37,588 nucleotides of DNA from Acidobacteriaceae bacterium (GTDB lineage Bacteria > Acidobacteriota > Terriglobia > Terriglobales > Acidobacteriaceae). A model generated the notes under the pieces. The model had not been told where the DNA came from. It worked only from the letters and a program-made list of their open reading frames with translations, and ran no database searches. Positions 1 to 10,394 of this stretch are shown here, piece after piece. How positions within the stretch are numbered: the stretch's first letter is position 1; every line of letters begins with the position of its first letter. Location: assembly GCA_003165455.1 (NCBI GenBank), contig PLUJ01000273.1:1-37588 (forward strand). The letters run 5' to 3'. The translations under genes and the position numbers were made by a program.

Positions 1-876
1 GGGCAGGTAGAAGCTCCATGGAAAAAGCCACACCAGATGCAACGACCAATAAAGAGAGCTGGGCTGTTTGTTGTAATCCTTGGGAATTCGCTTTCCGAGA
101 AAGCGCATGAAATGTTCGTTCACAAAATAGAACCAAAAAAAATGCGGGTTGCGAATTCCGGCCAGGATATGCCAGGGAGCGGCAATCACCAGGAAGAGAA
201 AGGTTCCCGTGAACAGTCGAAACTCCCGCCAGCGCCGCCACTCTCCGCTGAGCGCCGCATACAATATCAGGCTCAAACCAACAATGACTATCGCGAGTAA
301 ACCTTTGGTAAGCACAGCCAGCGCCAGACAAGCATAACCGCTATACCACCTCCAGGCGATTCGTTCCTGGAATGCGCTAATAAAGAAATAAAACGAGGCG
401 GCGATAAAAAAACTGAGGATGGCCTCCGGAATCAGAATACGGGTGAAAAGATAGCAACCGGCCGTTGTCGAAATGAACAATCCCCCGTAGATCGCTGCCC
501 GTTCTCCGAATGCCAGTCGGCCCCAAAGCATCGCCAGCAGCACAAGGAACAGCATGGAGAGAACCACCGGCAGATGCGCGGCGAACTCATTAATGCCGAA
601 GAAAAAGTATGAAAGCGAAACCACCCAATACATCAGCGGCGCTTTTTCCAGGTAACGGTTGCCGTTTATTTTGAGGGTTACAAAATCGTGCGTAACGTAC
701 ATTTCCCGCGCAGCTTCCGCGTGCGTCGAGTCGGCATCGTCCTGTAAGCCGGGAGAAAAAAGTGAGCCCGCATAGACGATGAGGAATAGAACCAATACTC
801 CGGCGATCTGCGTCCTTGAGACTGCGCGTGGCGCCGAGGATACTGCGGGCGCTTTTGGGATGCTGATTGTCGTCAA
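1..876 (-). CDS. GT39 / ArnT-PMT_2-like membrane glycosyltransferase; N-terminal 292 codons, 3' end runs off the window
   Basis: Absent from the ORF track because it has no stop in the window. Hand translation of the minus strand from TTG at 876 gives LTTISIPKAPAV..VLVLFLIVYAGSLFSPGLQDDADSTHAEAAREMYVTHDFVTLKINGNRYLEKAPLMYWVVSLSYFFFG..LTKGLLAIVIVG..FLVIAAPWHILAG.. It is multi-TM, with the acidic loop plus 'YLEKAPLMYW' segment typical of ArnT/PMT-type GT-C enzymes. An in-frame TGA lies just upstream of 876. Confidence 0.7.
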   Translation of the reverse strand, partial: MTTISIPKAPAVSSAPRAVSRTQIAGVLVLFLIVYAGSLFSPGLQDDADSTHAEAAREMYVTHDFVTLKINGNRYLEKAPLMYWVVSLSYFFFGINEFAAHLPVVLSMLFLVLLAMLWGRLAFGERAAIYGGLFISTTAGCYLFTRILIPEAILSFFIAASFYFFISAFQERIAWRWYSGYACLALAVLTKGLLAIVIVGLSLILYAALSGEWRRWREFRLFTGTFLFLVIAAPWHILAGIRNPHFFWFYFVNEHFMRFLGKRIPKDYNKQPSSLYWSLHLVWLFPWSFYLP

Positions 877-1040
877 CGGGACAGGATCCTCAAGTCACAC
901 TCCAGTCGCATGATTCGAGATCTCATCAATTGCTGCCAAGGCAAAATTTAATAATCTCCGTACTAATTGGACCAGTTTAGCCGCATACTCGCAAGGCGAA
1001 CGAACTCCGATACTCGAATTCACTGTGTTAAACTGCCCCA

Positions 1041-3314
1041 TTGATTCAAAAAAACTCTCTCATCTGCCAAGAGCGGGAGCGTGCAGTGCGTCCGTTTTTC
1101 TGCCTATTCGTCTGCATCATTATATTTGTGTTTCCCTGTTGTGCGGCAACACCCACGGATTACTACAATCACGTAGTCTTCGATAACAGCATTACCCCAG
1201 ACTATTACTATTACAGCAGCGGCCGTGCGGTATTCCCCAGTTCGATTCAGCTTCTTTCGGGCTCGCTTCCGGTGGAGAAGAAGAACTTCTTCACGGCCCC
1301 AAACGCGCTGCACCTGGAGTGGCGCTCGGTGGCTGGCGGAAGCTGGGAGACTGAGGTGCGCGTAGTCAGCATGCGCAATCGGCCGACGGATTTTATCGGC
1401 GACACCTTATATATGTGGTGTTATTCGCCGGAATCCATTCCTGCCGCTGATTTGCCGGTTCTCCAGCTTGAGGACGAGGAACATGATTTCACTGTGCCGG
1501 TGAAACTCCAAACGGCTTCCGGCGACGTCCCGGCCAAAAAATGGATTCAGATCAGATTGCCTCTCAGCGAGTTTGCCACCGCCTCCATCCACCCATTCCA
1601 GGCGCGGGAATTGCACAGTCTTCATTTTAGCCAGGGCACTACCGACGACACGCCTCGAACCTTAATCCTGGATGAGATCAAAATTGACGATAAGAGTGTC
1701 GCATCCCCCGTCGCTGCGGAAGTGAGGAGTCCGCCGCACGCACCCCAGAACATACAAGCCAAAGGTTACGATCGCCACGTGGATGTCAGCTGGGATCCAG
1801 TCGCGGACGATACCCTGCAAAGCTATGCCATCTATCGTTCGACCGGCGGCCACAAGTTTCAACCCATCGGGATTCAGAGCGCAGATACTAATCGGTACGC
1901 CGATTTCATCGGGCGGGCTGGCGTTTCCGCAACTTACCGGGTGAAGGCGGTCGATCGCTCTTATCGTCAATCCGCACTTTCGGAAACAGCGACCGCTTCC
2001 ACGCACGAACTTTCTGACGACGAATTACTCACCATGTTGCAGGAAGCTTGCTTTCGCTATTACTGGGATGGGGCTCACCCGGTTGCGGGGGCAACACTTG
2101 AAAATATTCCTGGGGATGACCGCATTGTCGCCACCGGGGCCAGCGGATTCGGCATCATGGCACTTATCGTTGGCGTGAACCGCGGCTTCATTACACGCGC
2201 GCAAGGACTTGAGCGCCTTACAAAGATCCTCGACTTCCTCGAGAAAGCTCCGCGCTATCACGGCGCCTGGTCGCATTTCTTAAACGGCTATACAGCGGAT
2301 AGCATGCTGGTGTTCGGCATGTACGATAACGGCGGCGATTTGGTCGAGACTTCGTTCCTGATGCAGGGATTGTTAGCGGCGCGCCAATATTTTAAGGGAG
2401 GCAGTGATACAGAACAGAGCGTCTATCATAGAATTACGCACCTCTGGGAGACCGTTGAGTGGGATTGGTACCGCCGTACTCCCACCAACGATGCGCTCTT
2501 GTGGCACTGGTCGCCGCAGTGGTCCTGGTTCATTGACCATCGGCTCACGGGCTTCAACGAAACCATGATTACCTATCTTCTGGCAATCGCCTCCCCCACT
2601 CACGGGGTGCCTGCGGATCTTTACTACAAAGGGTGGGCGGGTCAATCCGAGGCCGCAAGGGAATACCGCAGCGGATGGTCCGGATCGAACGAGGGGGACC
2701 GCTACAGTAACGGGCACAGTTATCTCGGTATCAAGCTTGATGTTGGCGTGGGCACCGGTGGACCGTTATTCTTCACGCAATACTCTTTTCTCGGCTTCGA
2801 TCCCCGCGGAATCCATGACCGCTATACGGACTACTTTGACAACAATCGCAATCTGGTTCTTATCGACCAGGCATATTGCGAATCAAACCCGGGTCGTTTC
2901 CAGGGCTACGGTGCGGATGATTGGGGTCTGACTGCAAGCGACGATCAACTAGGTTATTCCGCGCACGCACCCGATCGGGCTACCGACAATGGAACGATTA
3001 CTCCAACCGGCGCCCTCTCGTCGTTCCCATACACACCGGAAGCTTCCATGGCTGCGCTTAAATTTTTTTACCGGCAACTCGGCGATCGGCTCTGGGGAGT
3101 GTATGGACCACACGATGCTTTTAACCTGAGCCAAAATTGGTTTTCGCCGGTTTACATGGGCCTCGATCAAGCTCCGATTGTCGTCATGGTGGAAAACTAT
3201 CGCACCGGATTGGTCTGGAGGATGTTTATGTCGAATCCTGAGATTCAACCCATGCTGGATAAGATCGGTTTCAAACCGGATAACGCCGCCAAGGCGTCGT
3301 CAACGGTTCCGTAG
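1041..3314 (+). CDS. Secreted glycoside hydrolase, GH144 / 'glucoamylase-like' (PF10091-type, beta-1,2-glucanase-like) catalytic domain with an N-terminal beta-rich plus FN3-like module
   Basis: ORF track, TTG start. GTG at about 1086 is an alternative start giving [22 protein letters not shown]3-like segment: [33 protein letters not shown]. The C-terminal ~420 aa carry the motifs [38 protein letters not shown] and [20 protein letters not shown], which I recall from GH144/DUF-glucoamylase proteins. Confidence 0.6.
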   Translation: MIQKNSLICQERERAVRPFFCLFVCIIIFVFPCCAATPTDYYNHVVFDNSITPDYYYYSSGRAVFPSSIQLLSGSLPVEKKNFFTAPNALHLEWRSVAGGSWETEVRVVSMRNRPTDFIGDTLYMWCYSPESIPAADLPVLQLEDEEHDFTVPVKLQTASGDVPAKKWIQIRLPLSEFATASIHPFQARELHSLHFSQGTTDDTPRTLILDEIKIDDKSVASPVAAEVRSPPHAPQNIQAKGYDRHVDVSWDPVADDTLQSYAIYRSTGGHKFQPIGIQSADTNRYADFIGRAGVSATYRVKAVDRSYRQSALSETATASTHELSDDELLTMLQEACFRYYWDGAHPVAGATLENIPGDDRIVATGASGFGIMALIVGVNRGFITRAQGLERLTKILDFLEKAPRYHGAWSHFLNGYTADSMLVFGMYDNGGDLVETSFLMQGLLAARQYFKGGSDTEQSVYHRITHLWETVEWDWYRRTPTNDALLWHWSPQWSWFIDHRLTGFNETMITYLLAIASPTHGVPADLYYKGWAGQSEAAREYRSGWSGSNEGDRYSNGHSYLGIKLDVGVGTGGPLFFTQYSFLGFDPRGIHDRYTDYFDNNRNLVLIDQAYCESNPGRFQGYGADDWGLTASDDQLGYSAHAPDRATDNGTITPTGALSSFPYTPEASMAALKFFYRQLGDRLWGVYGPHDAFNLSQNWFSPVYMGLDQAPIVVMVENYRTGLVWRMFMSNPEIQPMLDKIGFKPDNAAKASSTVP

Positions 3315-3452
3315 TGGCCGCCGGCTCTTCATGCCTAGGGTCTAAAGTCCTATCTGCTCGCCTGTTTGAGACCAAAGTATGCAAGATCCTTCAACTTCTG
3401 GGGTCATTCCGCGTAATTCCAAAAAATAATTGTCAAATCTCCTGGACAAAGT

Positions 3453-3480
3453 TTGGAACGCAGCGAACACGAGTTATAAT
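3453..3480 (+). promoter_or_regulatory. Sigma70-like promoter candidate TTGGAA-N16-TATAAT upstream of the Kelch-like gene
   Basis: Perfect -10 TATAAT (3475-3480) and a 4/6 -35 match (3453-3458). It is followed by a perfect 10-bp leader hairpin, ttgagatttc-aacag-gaaatctcaa (3489-3513), and GAGGAA before the ATG at 3594. Confidence 0.3.
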
Positions 3481-3593
3481 CCGTCCGCTTGAGATTTCAA
3501 CAGGAAATCTCAATCGCAGAAATCCCCCGGCGGCGTTGCACTGTGGAAACACCGCACAAATCACTTTCAACAATCCAGGAAACCGAGGAAACG

Positions 3594-5063
3594 ATGAAGG
3601 CACTCCGCATTTGCTCCATTGCGCTACTGACTCTCCTGGCATGGTCGACCATGGCCAGCGCCCAGGCTCTCCCCACTGCTTCATGGCAGAAACTCAAGAC
3701 CCAACCCACGTGGAACACCGACACCGCGCTTCTGCTTACCGATGGCACGGTCATGATGCACCAGTACAACAGCACCGCTTGGTGGAGGCTCACCCCTTCG
3801 AGCTCAGCAAGCTATGTGGATGGCACCTGGACGCAACTTGCTTCCATGCCTGCCGGATATGAGCCACTGTACTTTGCCGCAGCGGTTCTGCCAGACGGAA
3901 AAGTTTTAGTCGAAGGCGGAGAATACAACGACCTCGATCAGGATGAAACCAACAAAGGCGCAATCTACGATCCGTTTACGAATACCTGGACCACAGTGGA
4001 CCCACCTTCCGGATGGGCCACCATCGGCGACTCACCTGCTGTCGTTCTGCCCGATGGAACGTTCATGATGGGACAGGGCGGACAGCCTTCCAGGCTGCAG
4101 GTAACCTTCGATGAGACCACCCTGACGTGGACCGCTGTCGAGAGCAACGAAAAAGCGGACGGCTTTTCTGAAGAAGGCTTCGCGCTTCTGCCCGATGGCA
4201 ACGTTCTAACCGTCGACACAGAAGACGGCACCAACTCGGAAATTTACAACACTTCAACTTCCAAGTGGAGCAGCGCCGGCAGCACCATCGTTTCATTGCC
4301 GAACAGCGGCGGACTTGGCATCGTCCCGGAGATGGGACCGCTCATGCAGCGTCCTGATGGCAGCGTGGTCGCCTTCGGCGCTACCACCAACACTTCCATC
4401 TATAGCAGCACCTCAGGAACCTGGACGAAGGGCCCAGAGTTCCCCAACTCGGACGACATTGCTGATGGCAATGCTTCCATTCTTCCGGATGGCAACATCC
4501 TCGTTTATACCAGCCCCGGCGTCTTCAGCGGCACCGGCACGTTCTACGAGTTCACTTATCCAGGAAACACTTTCGTTCAGGCTCCATCCACCGCTGCTGG
4601 CGGATCTCTGGAATCCTGGGATGCCCGTATGCTGCTCCTTCCCACTGGCCAGATCATGTGGATGGCGTCTGACGGCGAGACCAAGGACGTAGAGGTTTAT
4701 ACCCATGCCGGCACCATCAATAGCGCGTGGAAGCCGACGATCACTTCGGTTCCTACGTCCCTTACCCCGGGTACCACCTACACCATCTCCGGCACTCAGC
4801 TCAACGGCCTAAGCGCCGGCACGGCCTATGGCGATGATGCGCAGATGGCGACCAACTATCCGATCGTGGGCATTGAAAACAAAGCGACCAAGCACATTGT
4901 CTTTGCTCGCACCCACAACTTCAGCACAATGGGCATCGCCACTGGCAGCGCAGTCGTTTCCGCCAGCTTCGATGTTCCTTCAACGATTGAAACGGGAGCC
5001 AGCGTTATCGTGGTTGTGGCCAACGGAATTCAATCGGCTCCGAAGTCTGTAACCATCGAGTAA
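3594..5063 (+). CDS. Secreted Kelch / galactose-oxidase-like beta-propeller protein with a C-terminal Ig-like (E-set/IPT-like) domain
   Basis: ORF 3489..5063. ATG at 3594 (M36) is preferred: GAGGAA RBS and a signal peptide MKALRICSIALLTLLAWSTMASAQA. Repeated 'LPDG.v...GG' blades are present (AAAVLPDGKVLVEGGEY, AVVLPDGTFMMGQGG, FALLPDGNVLTV, ASILPDGNILVY). The C-terminal beta-sandwich segment reads WKPTITSVP..YTISGTQLNG. Confidence 0.6.
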   Translation: MKALRICSIALLTLLAWSTMASAQALPTASWQKLKTQPTWNTDTALLLTDGTVMMHQYNSTAWWRLTPSSSASYVDGTWTQLASMPAGYEPLYFAAAVLPDGKVLVEGGEYNDLDQDETNKGAIYDPFTNTWTTVDPPSGWATIGDSPAVVLPDGTFMMGQGGQPSRLQVTFDETTLTWTAVESNEKADGFSEEGFALLPDGNVLTVDTEDGTNSEIYNTSTSKWSSAGSTIVSLPNSGGLGIVPEMGPLMQRPDGSVVAFGATTNTSIYSSTSGTWTKGPEFPNSDDIADGNASILPDGNILVYTSPGVFSGTGTFYEFTYPGNTFVQAPSTAAGGSLESWDARMLLLPTGQIMWMASDGETKDVEVYTHAGTINSAWKPTITSVPTSLTPGTTYTISGTQLNGLSAGTAYGDDAQMATNYPIVGIENKATKHIVFARTHNFSTMGIATGSAVVSASFDVPSTIETGASVIVVVANGIQSAPKSVTIE

Positions 5064-5127
5064 GCCTTCGCCGCCACGCAGTATTTAATCTGGCGGCGAA
5101 TCGATTTTGCCTGAGCTGGAACCAGAT

Positions 5128-5165
5128 CGCGCCGCGATTGTTCATCAATTGCGGCGCGTTTTTTT
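5128..5165 (+). terminator. Rho-independent terminator after the Kelch-like gene
   Basis: cgcgccgcgatt-gttcatc-aattgcggcgcg is a 12-bp stem with one G:T, followed by TTTTTTT (5159-5165). It is preceded by a second perfect 10-bp hairpin, ttcgccgcca..tggcggcgaa (5067-5100). Confidence 0.65.
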
Positions 5166-5279
5166 GTGGGATCAATTCGACGATATAGCCTAAAGTCTCC
5201 CGGCAACCCCTTCGCATACACAAGCTTCCAAGAGACAGATCGCGTAGAATCACTCTCATCATCTCTTACGGAGCTGCCA

Positions 5280-8200
5280 GTGCTGAAGCATCTTCTATCG
5301 AAGTGGCCTTTGATCAAACAGATTCAGACAGGCGCCGATGGAACTGGTCCTGAATCGTTTTCTGAACGTACTCGAAATTTGCGTCCCAAGAACGATGGCG
5401 CGGATGTGGCCCGCTCGATCTGCCCATATTGCGCGGTAGGCTGTGGCCAGCTTGTGTACCACAAGGACGGCAAGCTGATTTCCATCGAAGGCGATCCGCA
5501 ATCCCCGATTTCCCGCGGACATCTTTGCCCGAAGGGGGCCGATACCTACGAGTTGCACACCCACGCCGGACGCCTGAAGAAAGTAAAATATCGCGCGCCT
5601 TATGCCACGAAGTGGCAGGAGATTGAACTGGAAACCGCGATGGACATGGTCGCCGAGCGCGTGTGGGAAACGCGCGAACGCACCTTCCAGGAAACTAAGG
5701 ACGGCCAGCCGCTCATGCAGACTCTTGGCATGGCCCACCTCGGAGGCGCAACCCTCGACAACGAAGAAAATTATCTGATCAAGAAACTCTTCGCCGCCGG
5801 CCTCGGCATGTCGTGCATCAGCAACCAGGCCAGGATATGACATAGCTCGACGGTGCCCGGTCTGGGCACCTCCTTCGGACGTGGCGGAGCCACGACTGCG
5901 CAACAAGATCTGGCCAATGCCGATGCAATCCTCATCATGGGTTCTTCCATGGCGGAGAACCATCCTGTCGGCTTCCAGTGGGTGATGGAGGCTCGCGAAA
6001 AAGGCGCCAAGATCATCCACGTCGATCCGCGCTACACCCGCACTTCCGCCTCCGCTGACATTTGGGTTCCGTTACGCGCCGGTAGTGACATTATTTTTCT
6101 CGGTGCGTTGGTCCACTACGTTCTTGAGAACAACAAGCAATTCCACGAGTACGTTCTGCACTACACGAACGCGCCCACCATCTTGCGCGAAGATTTTCGC
6201 GATACCGAAGATCTCGATGGCTTCTTTTCCGGGTGGGATGCGGGAAAGAAAAAATATGATCCTGAGACCTGGCTTTATCAAGGTTCGCCCGAAAAAGAAG
6301 TCGCAGGCTCTGCGCCGGGACACTCAGAAGCTGGCGGTGGCCACGGCAAAGACCGCGGCGGTGAGGCCCAGGACACGGGCAAGTTCGAATCCGATCCGAC
6401 GCTGCAACATCCACGCTGCGTTTTCCAAGTGCTGAAACGCCACTTCTCACGCTACACGCCGGAGATGGTCGAACGCTATTGCGGCGTGAAGGCAGATGTA
6501 TTTCTCAAGGTGGCGAAGACGTTCACCTCAGCATCCGGTCCAGATAAGACGGCTGCGATCTGCTATGCGGTGGGATGGACGCAACACTCAAAGGGTGTCC
6601 AGGTCATCCGCACCGCGGCCATTCTGCAACTGCTTCTTGGCAACATTGGACGTCCCGGCGGCGGCATCCTGGCGCTGCGCGGACATGCCTCGATTCAGGG
6701 TTCAACCGATATCCCGACTCTCTATGATATTTTGCCCGGCTATCTGCCGATGCCATTCTTCGAAACGGCTCGCAATCTGGGGGCTTATCTCAAGAAGAAT
6801 ACGTCGCGCACGGGTTTGTGGTCCGCCTTCGAAAAATACTTCGTGAGCCTGATGAAGGCCTACTATGGCGATGCTGCCACCAAGGAAAGTGATTGGGGAT
6901 TCAACTGGCTTCCGCGCGTGACCGGCGATCACTCTCATTTCGGCTACTGGCTCGACATGGCTGACGGCAAACTCGACGGTCTTTTTGTCATGGGCCAAAA
7001 TCCTGCGGTTGGGGCCTCCAATGGCCGGCTCGAACGCACCGCTCTTTCCAAACTCAAATGGCTGGTTGTCCGCGACATGGTTGAGACGGAGACCGCTTCT
7101 TTCTGGTATGACTCGCCGGAAGTAAATCGGGGAGAACTTTCTCCAGAAACAATAGGCACCGAAGTATTTCTTTTCCCCGCCGCCGGTACAGCGGAGAAAG
7201 AAGGAACCTTCACCAACACACAGCGGTTGCTCCAGTATCGCGAAAAAGCAATCGATCCTCCGGGCGACGCACGCAGTGAAACCTGGTTCATGTATCATCT
7301 CGGCCGCCGTCTAAAAGAAAAAGGTAAAGATGACTCGCGTCCGCGGAATGAAGGCTTGCGGGCCTTAACGTGGAATTATTCGACCGAAGGCAAGCATGCC
7401 GAGCCTGTTGGCGAAGAAATTCTAAAGGAAATTAACGGCTACTCTCTGCCGGACCGCAAACAGCTTGCCCATATCAAAGATCTCAAGAAAGATGGATCGA
7501 CCGCCTGCGGAGCTTGGATTTATTGCGGCGTGTTTCCAAAAGAAGGCTATAACCGCGCCCTGGAAAGAAATCCCAAAGATGCGCTGGGCCACAACTGGGG
7601 CTACGCGTGGCCGAACGATTGCCGCATCATCTATAACCGCGCCTCCGCGCGACCCGACGGCCAGCCGTGGAGCGAGCGCAAGAAGCTAGTCTGGTGGGAC
7701 GAAAACAAGAAACAGTGGACCGGCAACGACATCCCTGACTACGACAAGGAAACGCCACCCTACGCTCCGGAAAACATTCAGAACGGCAAAGGCGTGGAAG
7801 CTCTCGGTGGCGCGAAACCTTTCACTCTGCATCCCGATGGCGTCGGATGGTTGTTCGTTTCGAGCGGATTAAAAGATGGGCCGCTGCCCACGCACTTCGA
7901 GCCGCTCGAATCGGTCACGGACAATGGACTTTACAAGCAACAGAGCAATCCCCCCGCCGATAAGAAGGTCCGGCCGGATAATCCTTACGCGGAGCCCTCT
8001 GGCGATCCTCGATTCCCCTACGTTCTTACAACCTATCGCCTCACAGAGCATCACACCGCTGGCGGAATGTCGCGGCAGCTCTCGCATTTGAGCGAACTCC
8101 AGCCCGAGTTGTTCACCGAAGTTTCGCCGGAACTCGCTTCAGAACTGGGACTGCAGAATGGTCATTATGCGACCATTATCACTGCGCGCTCCGAGATCGA

Positions 8201-8462
8201 AGCCAAGGTCTTGGTTACGAGCCGCATGCGGCCGATGCAAATCAACGGAAAAGTCGTCCACCAGGTCGGACTGCCTTATCATTGGGGATATCGCGGCCAG
8301 GTCACAGGAGATGTGGTGAATGATCTTCTGGTGATCAGCGAGGAACCGAACGTTCGTATTATGGAAACGAAAGCACTTACCTGTAATGTGGTCCCCGGCC
8401 GTCGCGCCCGCGGGAAAGAATTTCTGGGTCAACTCAATTCCCGCACGGGACAGACCGCATGA
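5280..8462 (+). CDS. fdnG: Formate dehydrogenase alpha (catalytic molybdopterin) subunit, selenocysteine-containing; TGA at 5838-5840 read as Sec
   Basis: ORFs 5166..5840 and 5853..8462 are in the same frame and are joined by a single TGA. Context ISNQARI-U-HSSTVPGLGTSFGRGG matches the FdnG/FdoG Sec site (NQARV-U-HGPTV). N-terminal 4Fe-4S motif CPYCAVGCGQ..HLCPKG. Start chosen at GTG 5280 (V39, GGAG 6 nt upstream), giving MLKHLLSKWPLIKQ. The track start at 5166 abuts the upstream terminator T-tract. Confidence 0.9.
5852..5870 (+). promoter_or_regulatory. Bacterial SECIS stem-loop directing Sec insertion at UGA 5838-5840
   Basis: GGTGCCC-GGTCT-GGGCACC is a perfect 7-bp stem that starts 11 nt after the UGA. 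The GGUCU loop resembles the E. coli fdhF minimal SECIS, which I recall as GGUUGCAGGUCUGCACC. Confidence 0.7.
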
Positions 8463-9262
8463 GCATCACAGGTTTTTTAACCGACTCGACTCTATGCATC
8501 GGCTGCAAAGCCTGCGAAGTCGCCTGTAAAGAGTGGAATGGCGTGGAGGCCGACGGATACGATTGGAGCGGATACTCCTACGACAACACCGGTGCGGTCG
8601 GGGCTTCGACCTGGCGCCATGTGAAGTTTGTGGAACAAACCCCGGTCCCTGGTTTCGGCGGAAACGCCGGCGAACTTGCTTCATGGACTTTCTCCTCCGA
8701 CGTTTGTAAGCACTGTGAGAATGCCGGCTGCCTGGAAGCATGTCCAACGGGTTCCATCGTGCGCACCGAATTCGGCGGTGTTTACATCCAGCCCGATATT
8801 TGCAACGGCTGCGGATATTGCGTAAGCAGTTGTCCCTTCGGAGTGGTCGAACGCAATCAGAAAGATGGACGCGCTTTCAAATGCACTTTTTGCTACGACC
8901 GGCAGAAAGTCGGGCTGCAACCGGCCTGTGCGAAGGCTTGCCCAACCGAGTCCATCAAATTTGGCGAACTCGACCAGCTGCGTTTGCGGGCGCAGGAAAG
9001 ATTGGAAGAACTGCACTCGCGCGGAATGGAGGACGCGACTCTCTATGACCCGCTGGACAGCAGTGTCGGAGGCACCCACGCTATCTTCATTCTTCGCGGA
9101 GATCCGCGAACCTTCAACCTACCGCCTTCGCCCGACGTTCCAACCATCTATTTAAAGAAAAGCTGGACCTCCTCCGCCATCGCCGGAGCGCTTCTTCTCG
9201 GCGGCACGTTGCTGGCCTTCTGGGCCGAGAACAAAAATGGACGTCGGAGAAACGCGCGATGA
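8459..9262 (+). CDS. Formate dehydrogenase beta subunit (4x[4Fe-4S] ferredoxin-type, FdnH/FdoH-like) with a C-terminal TM anchor
   Basis: ATGA overlap with the alpha subunit. Four Cys clusters: CIGCKACEVACKEWN, CKHCENAGCLEACP, CNGCGYCVSSCP and CTFCYDR..PACAKACP. C-terminal helix AIAGALLLGGTLLAFWA. Confidence 0.88.
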   Translation: MSITGFLTDSTLCIGCKACEVACKEWNGVEADGYDWSGYSYDNTGAVGASTWRHVKFVEQTPVPGFGGNAGELASWTFSSDVCKHCENAGCLEACPTGSIVRTEFGGVYIQPDICNGCGYCVSSCPFGVVERNQKDGRAFKCTFCYDRQKVGLQPACAKACPTESIKFGELDQLRLRAQERLEELHSRGMEDATLYDPLDSSVGGTHAIFILRGDPRTFNLPPSPDVPTIYLKKSWTSSAIAGALLLGGTLLAFWAENKNGRRRNAR

Positions 9263-10359
9263 GTGAAACGGTTCCAGACGCTTCCGGCCCACACGCAAGA
9301 GAGTTGAACTTGAAGGATTCGAAGTCAGAACGGCTGAACTCACAAAACTCGATCGATCTTGAACGCGAGCGCCGCCTCGAAGAAATCCGCCGGGCTGCCG
9401 AGCGGCACGGTCAACTTCAAGTCGACGGCGCGCGGGCGGCTGGCGCTCCCTTTCCCCAAGCCAATCCGGAAAATGGCTACTATCAGATACCGCTCCTCAA
9501 GGAACCTTCCTGGACGTGGGAGATCCCTCTCTACCTGTTCGTTGGCGGGGCTGCCGGCGCCGCTGGCGTAGTTGGCGCAATTGCCGATTACACTGGAGCC
9601 GATCGCGAGCTGGTCAAGCACGCTCGCTGGATTGCCGCGGCCGGATCTGTGCTTTCCCCGCCTTTGCTGATTGCCGACCTGGGTCGTCCCGAACGATTCC
9701 TCGCAATGCTGCGCGTTTTCAAACCGAAGAGCGCCATGTCCGTCGGAGTTTGGACGCTGCTGGGATTTTCCACGGCCGCAGCCGCCACAGCCTTCGCCGC
9801 ATTTCTTAGCGACCGCTACGGCCCATCCTTGCCGCTTCGAGTGCTGGAAAATGCTGGCCAGGCCGCATCGCTGGCTTTCGGTCTGCCTTTTTCGAATTAC
9901 ACGGGCGTCCTCATCGGCGCAACCGCGATTCCTGTATGGAATTGCAACGCCGCCGAGTTACCTCTTCACTTCGGGGCGTCTGGCCTGGGCGCCGCTGTCG
10001 GCCTCATGGACCTGATGGGTGACCGCAAAAGTGGCGCCCTGCAAGCGCTTGCGCTCGGTGCTGCAGTCTTCGAGACCTGGGAAGGTTTCAGTATTGAACG
10101 GCGCTCCGATCCGGCTCTTGATCCACTCAAGCACGGCACCAGCGGACTCATTACGCGAACCGGCGGGGTGCTTTCCGGCCCGGTTCCTCTCATTTTGCGT
10201 ACGATGAGTCTGTTCGGGTCAAAGAAGAGATCCTCGTCGCTGCGCCGCTTGGCCGCCGCCTCGTCCGTGGCCGGCTCGCTGATCACTCGGATCGCATGGA
10301 TCAATGCCGGCCATGTATCCGCAAGGAATTACAAGTTGCCCCTGCGAATCAGAAACTAG
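9259..10359 (+). CDS. nrfD: NrfD/PsrC-family integral membrane subunit (quinone-interacting anchor) of the FDH complex
   Basis: ATGA overlap with the beta subunit. Multi-TM, with the hallmark LIADLGRPERFLAMLRVFKPKSAMSVGVW. It also carries an unusual ~70-aa hydrophilic N-terminal extension. Confidence 0.75.
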   Translation: MSETVPDASGPHARELNLKDSKSERLNSQNSIDLERERRLEEIRRAAERHGQLQVDGARAAGAPFPQANPENGYYQIPLLKEPSWTWEIPLYLFVGGAAGAAGVVGAIADYTGADRELVKHARWIAAAGSVLSPPLLIADLGRPERFLAMLRVFKPKSAMSVGVWTLLGFSTAAAATAFAAFLSDRYGPSLPLRVLENAGQAASLAFGLPFSNYTGVLIGATAIPVWNCNAAELPLHFGASGLGAAVGLMDLMGDRKSGALQALALGAAVFETWEGFSIERRSDPALDPLKHGTSGLITRTGGVLSGPVPLILRTMSLFGSKKRSSSLRRLAAASSVAGSLITRIAWINAGHVSARNYKLPLRIRN

Positions 10360-10394
10360 GTTCGCGGGTACCAAATCGAAGATATCGACTGGTT

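Noticed and set aside
135-142. A8/T8 homopolymer inside the ArnT-like glycosyltransferase CDS (CAT TTT TTT TGG) as a possible phase-variation tract
   Set aside because: Eight nt is short for slipped-strand switching, and it encodes a sensible membrane segment (HFFW). There is no evidence of variability from a single sequence.
3314-3862. 182-aa ORF, and the N-terminal extension (3489-3593) of the Kelch-like ORF
   Set aside because: ORF 3314..3862 overlaps the promoter and leader and the 5' end of the real gene in another frame. The extension MRFQQEISIAEIPRRRC.. precedes a textbook RBS, ATG and signal peptide at 3594.
5166-5279. Upstream extension of the FDH alpha subunit containing 'SIRRYSLK', which superficially resembles a Tat S-R-R-x-F-L-K motif
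   Set aside because: No hydrophobic h-region or AxA site follows; the sequence is polar (SPGNPFAYTSFQETDRVESLSSS). The GTG at 5166 directly abuts the T-tract of the upstream terminator and has no RBS. GTG 5280 has a GGAG and gives the conserved N-terminus M..LL..WP..KQ.
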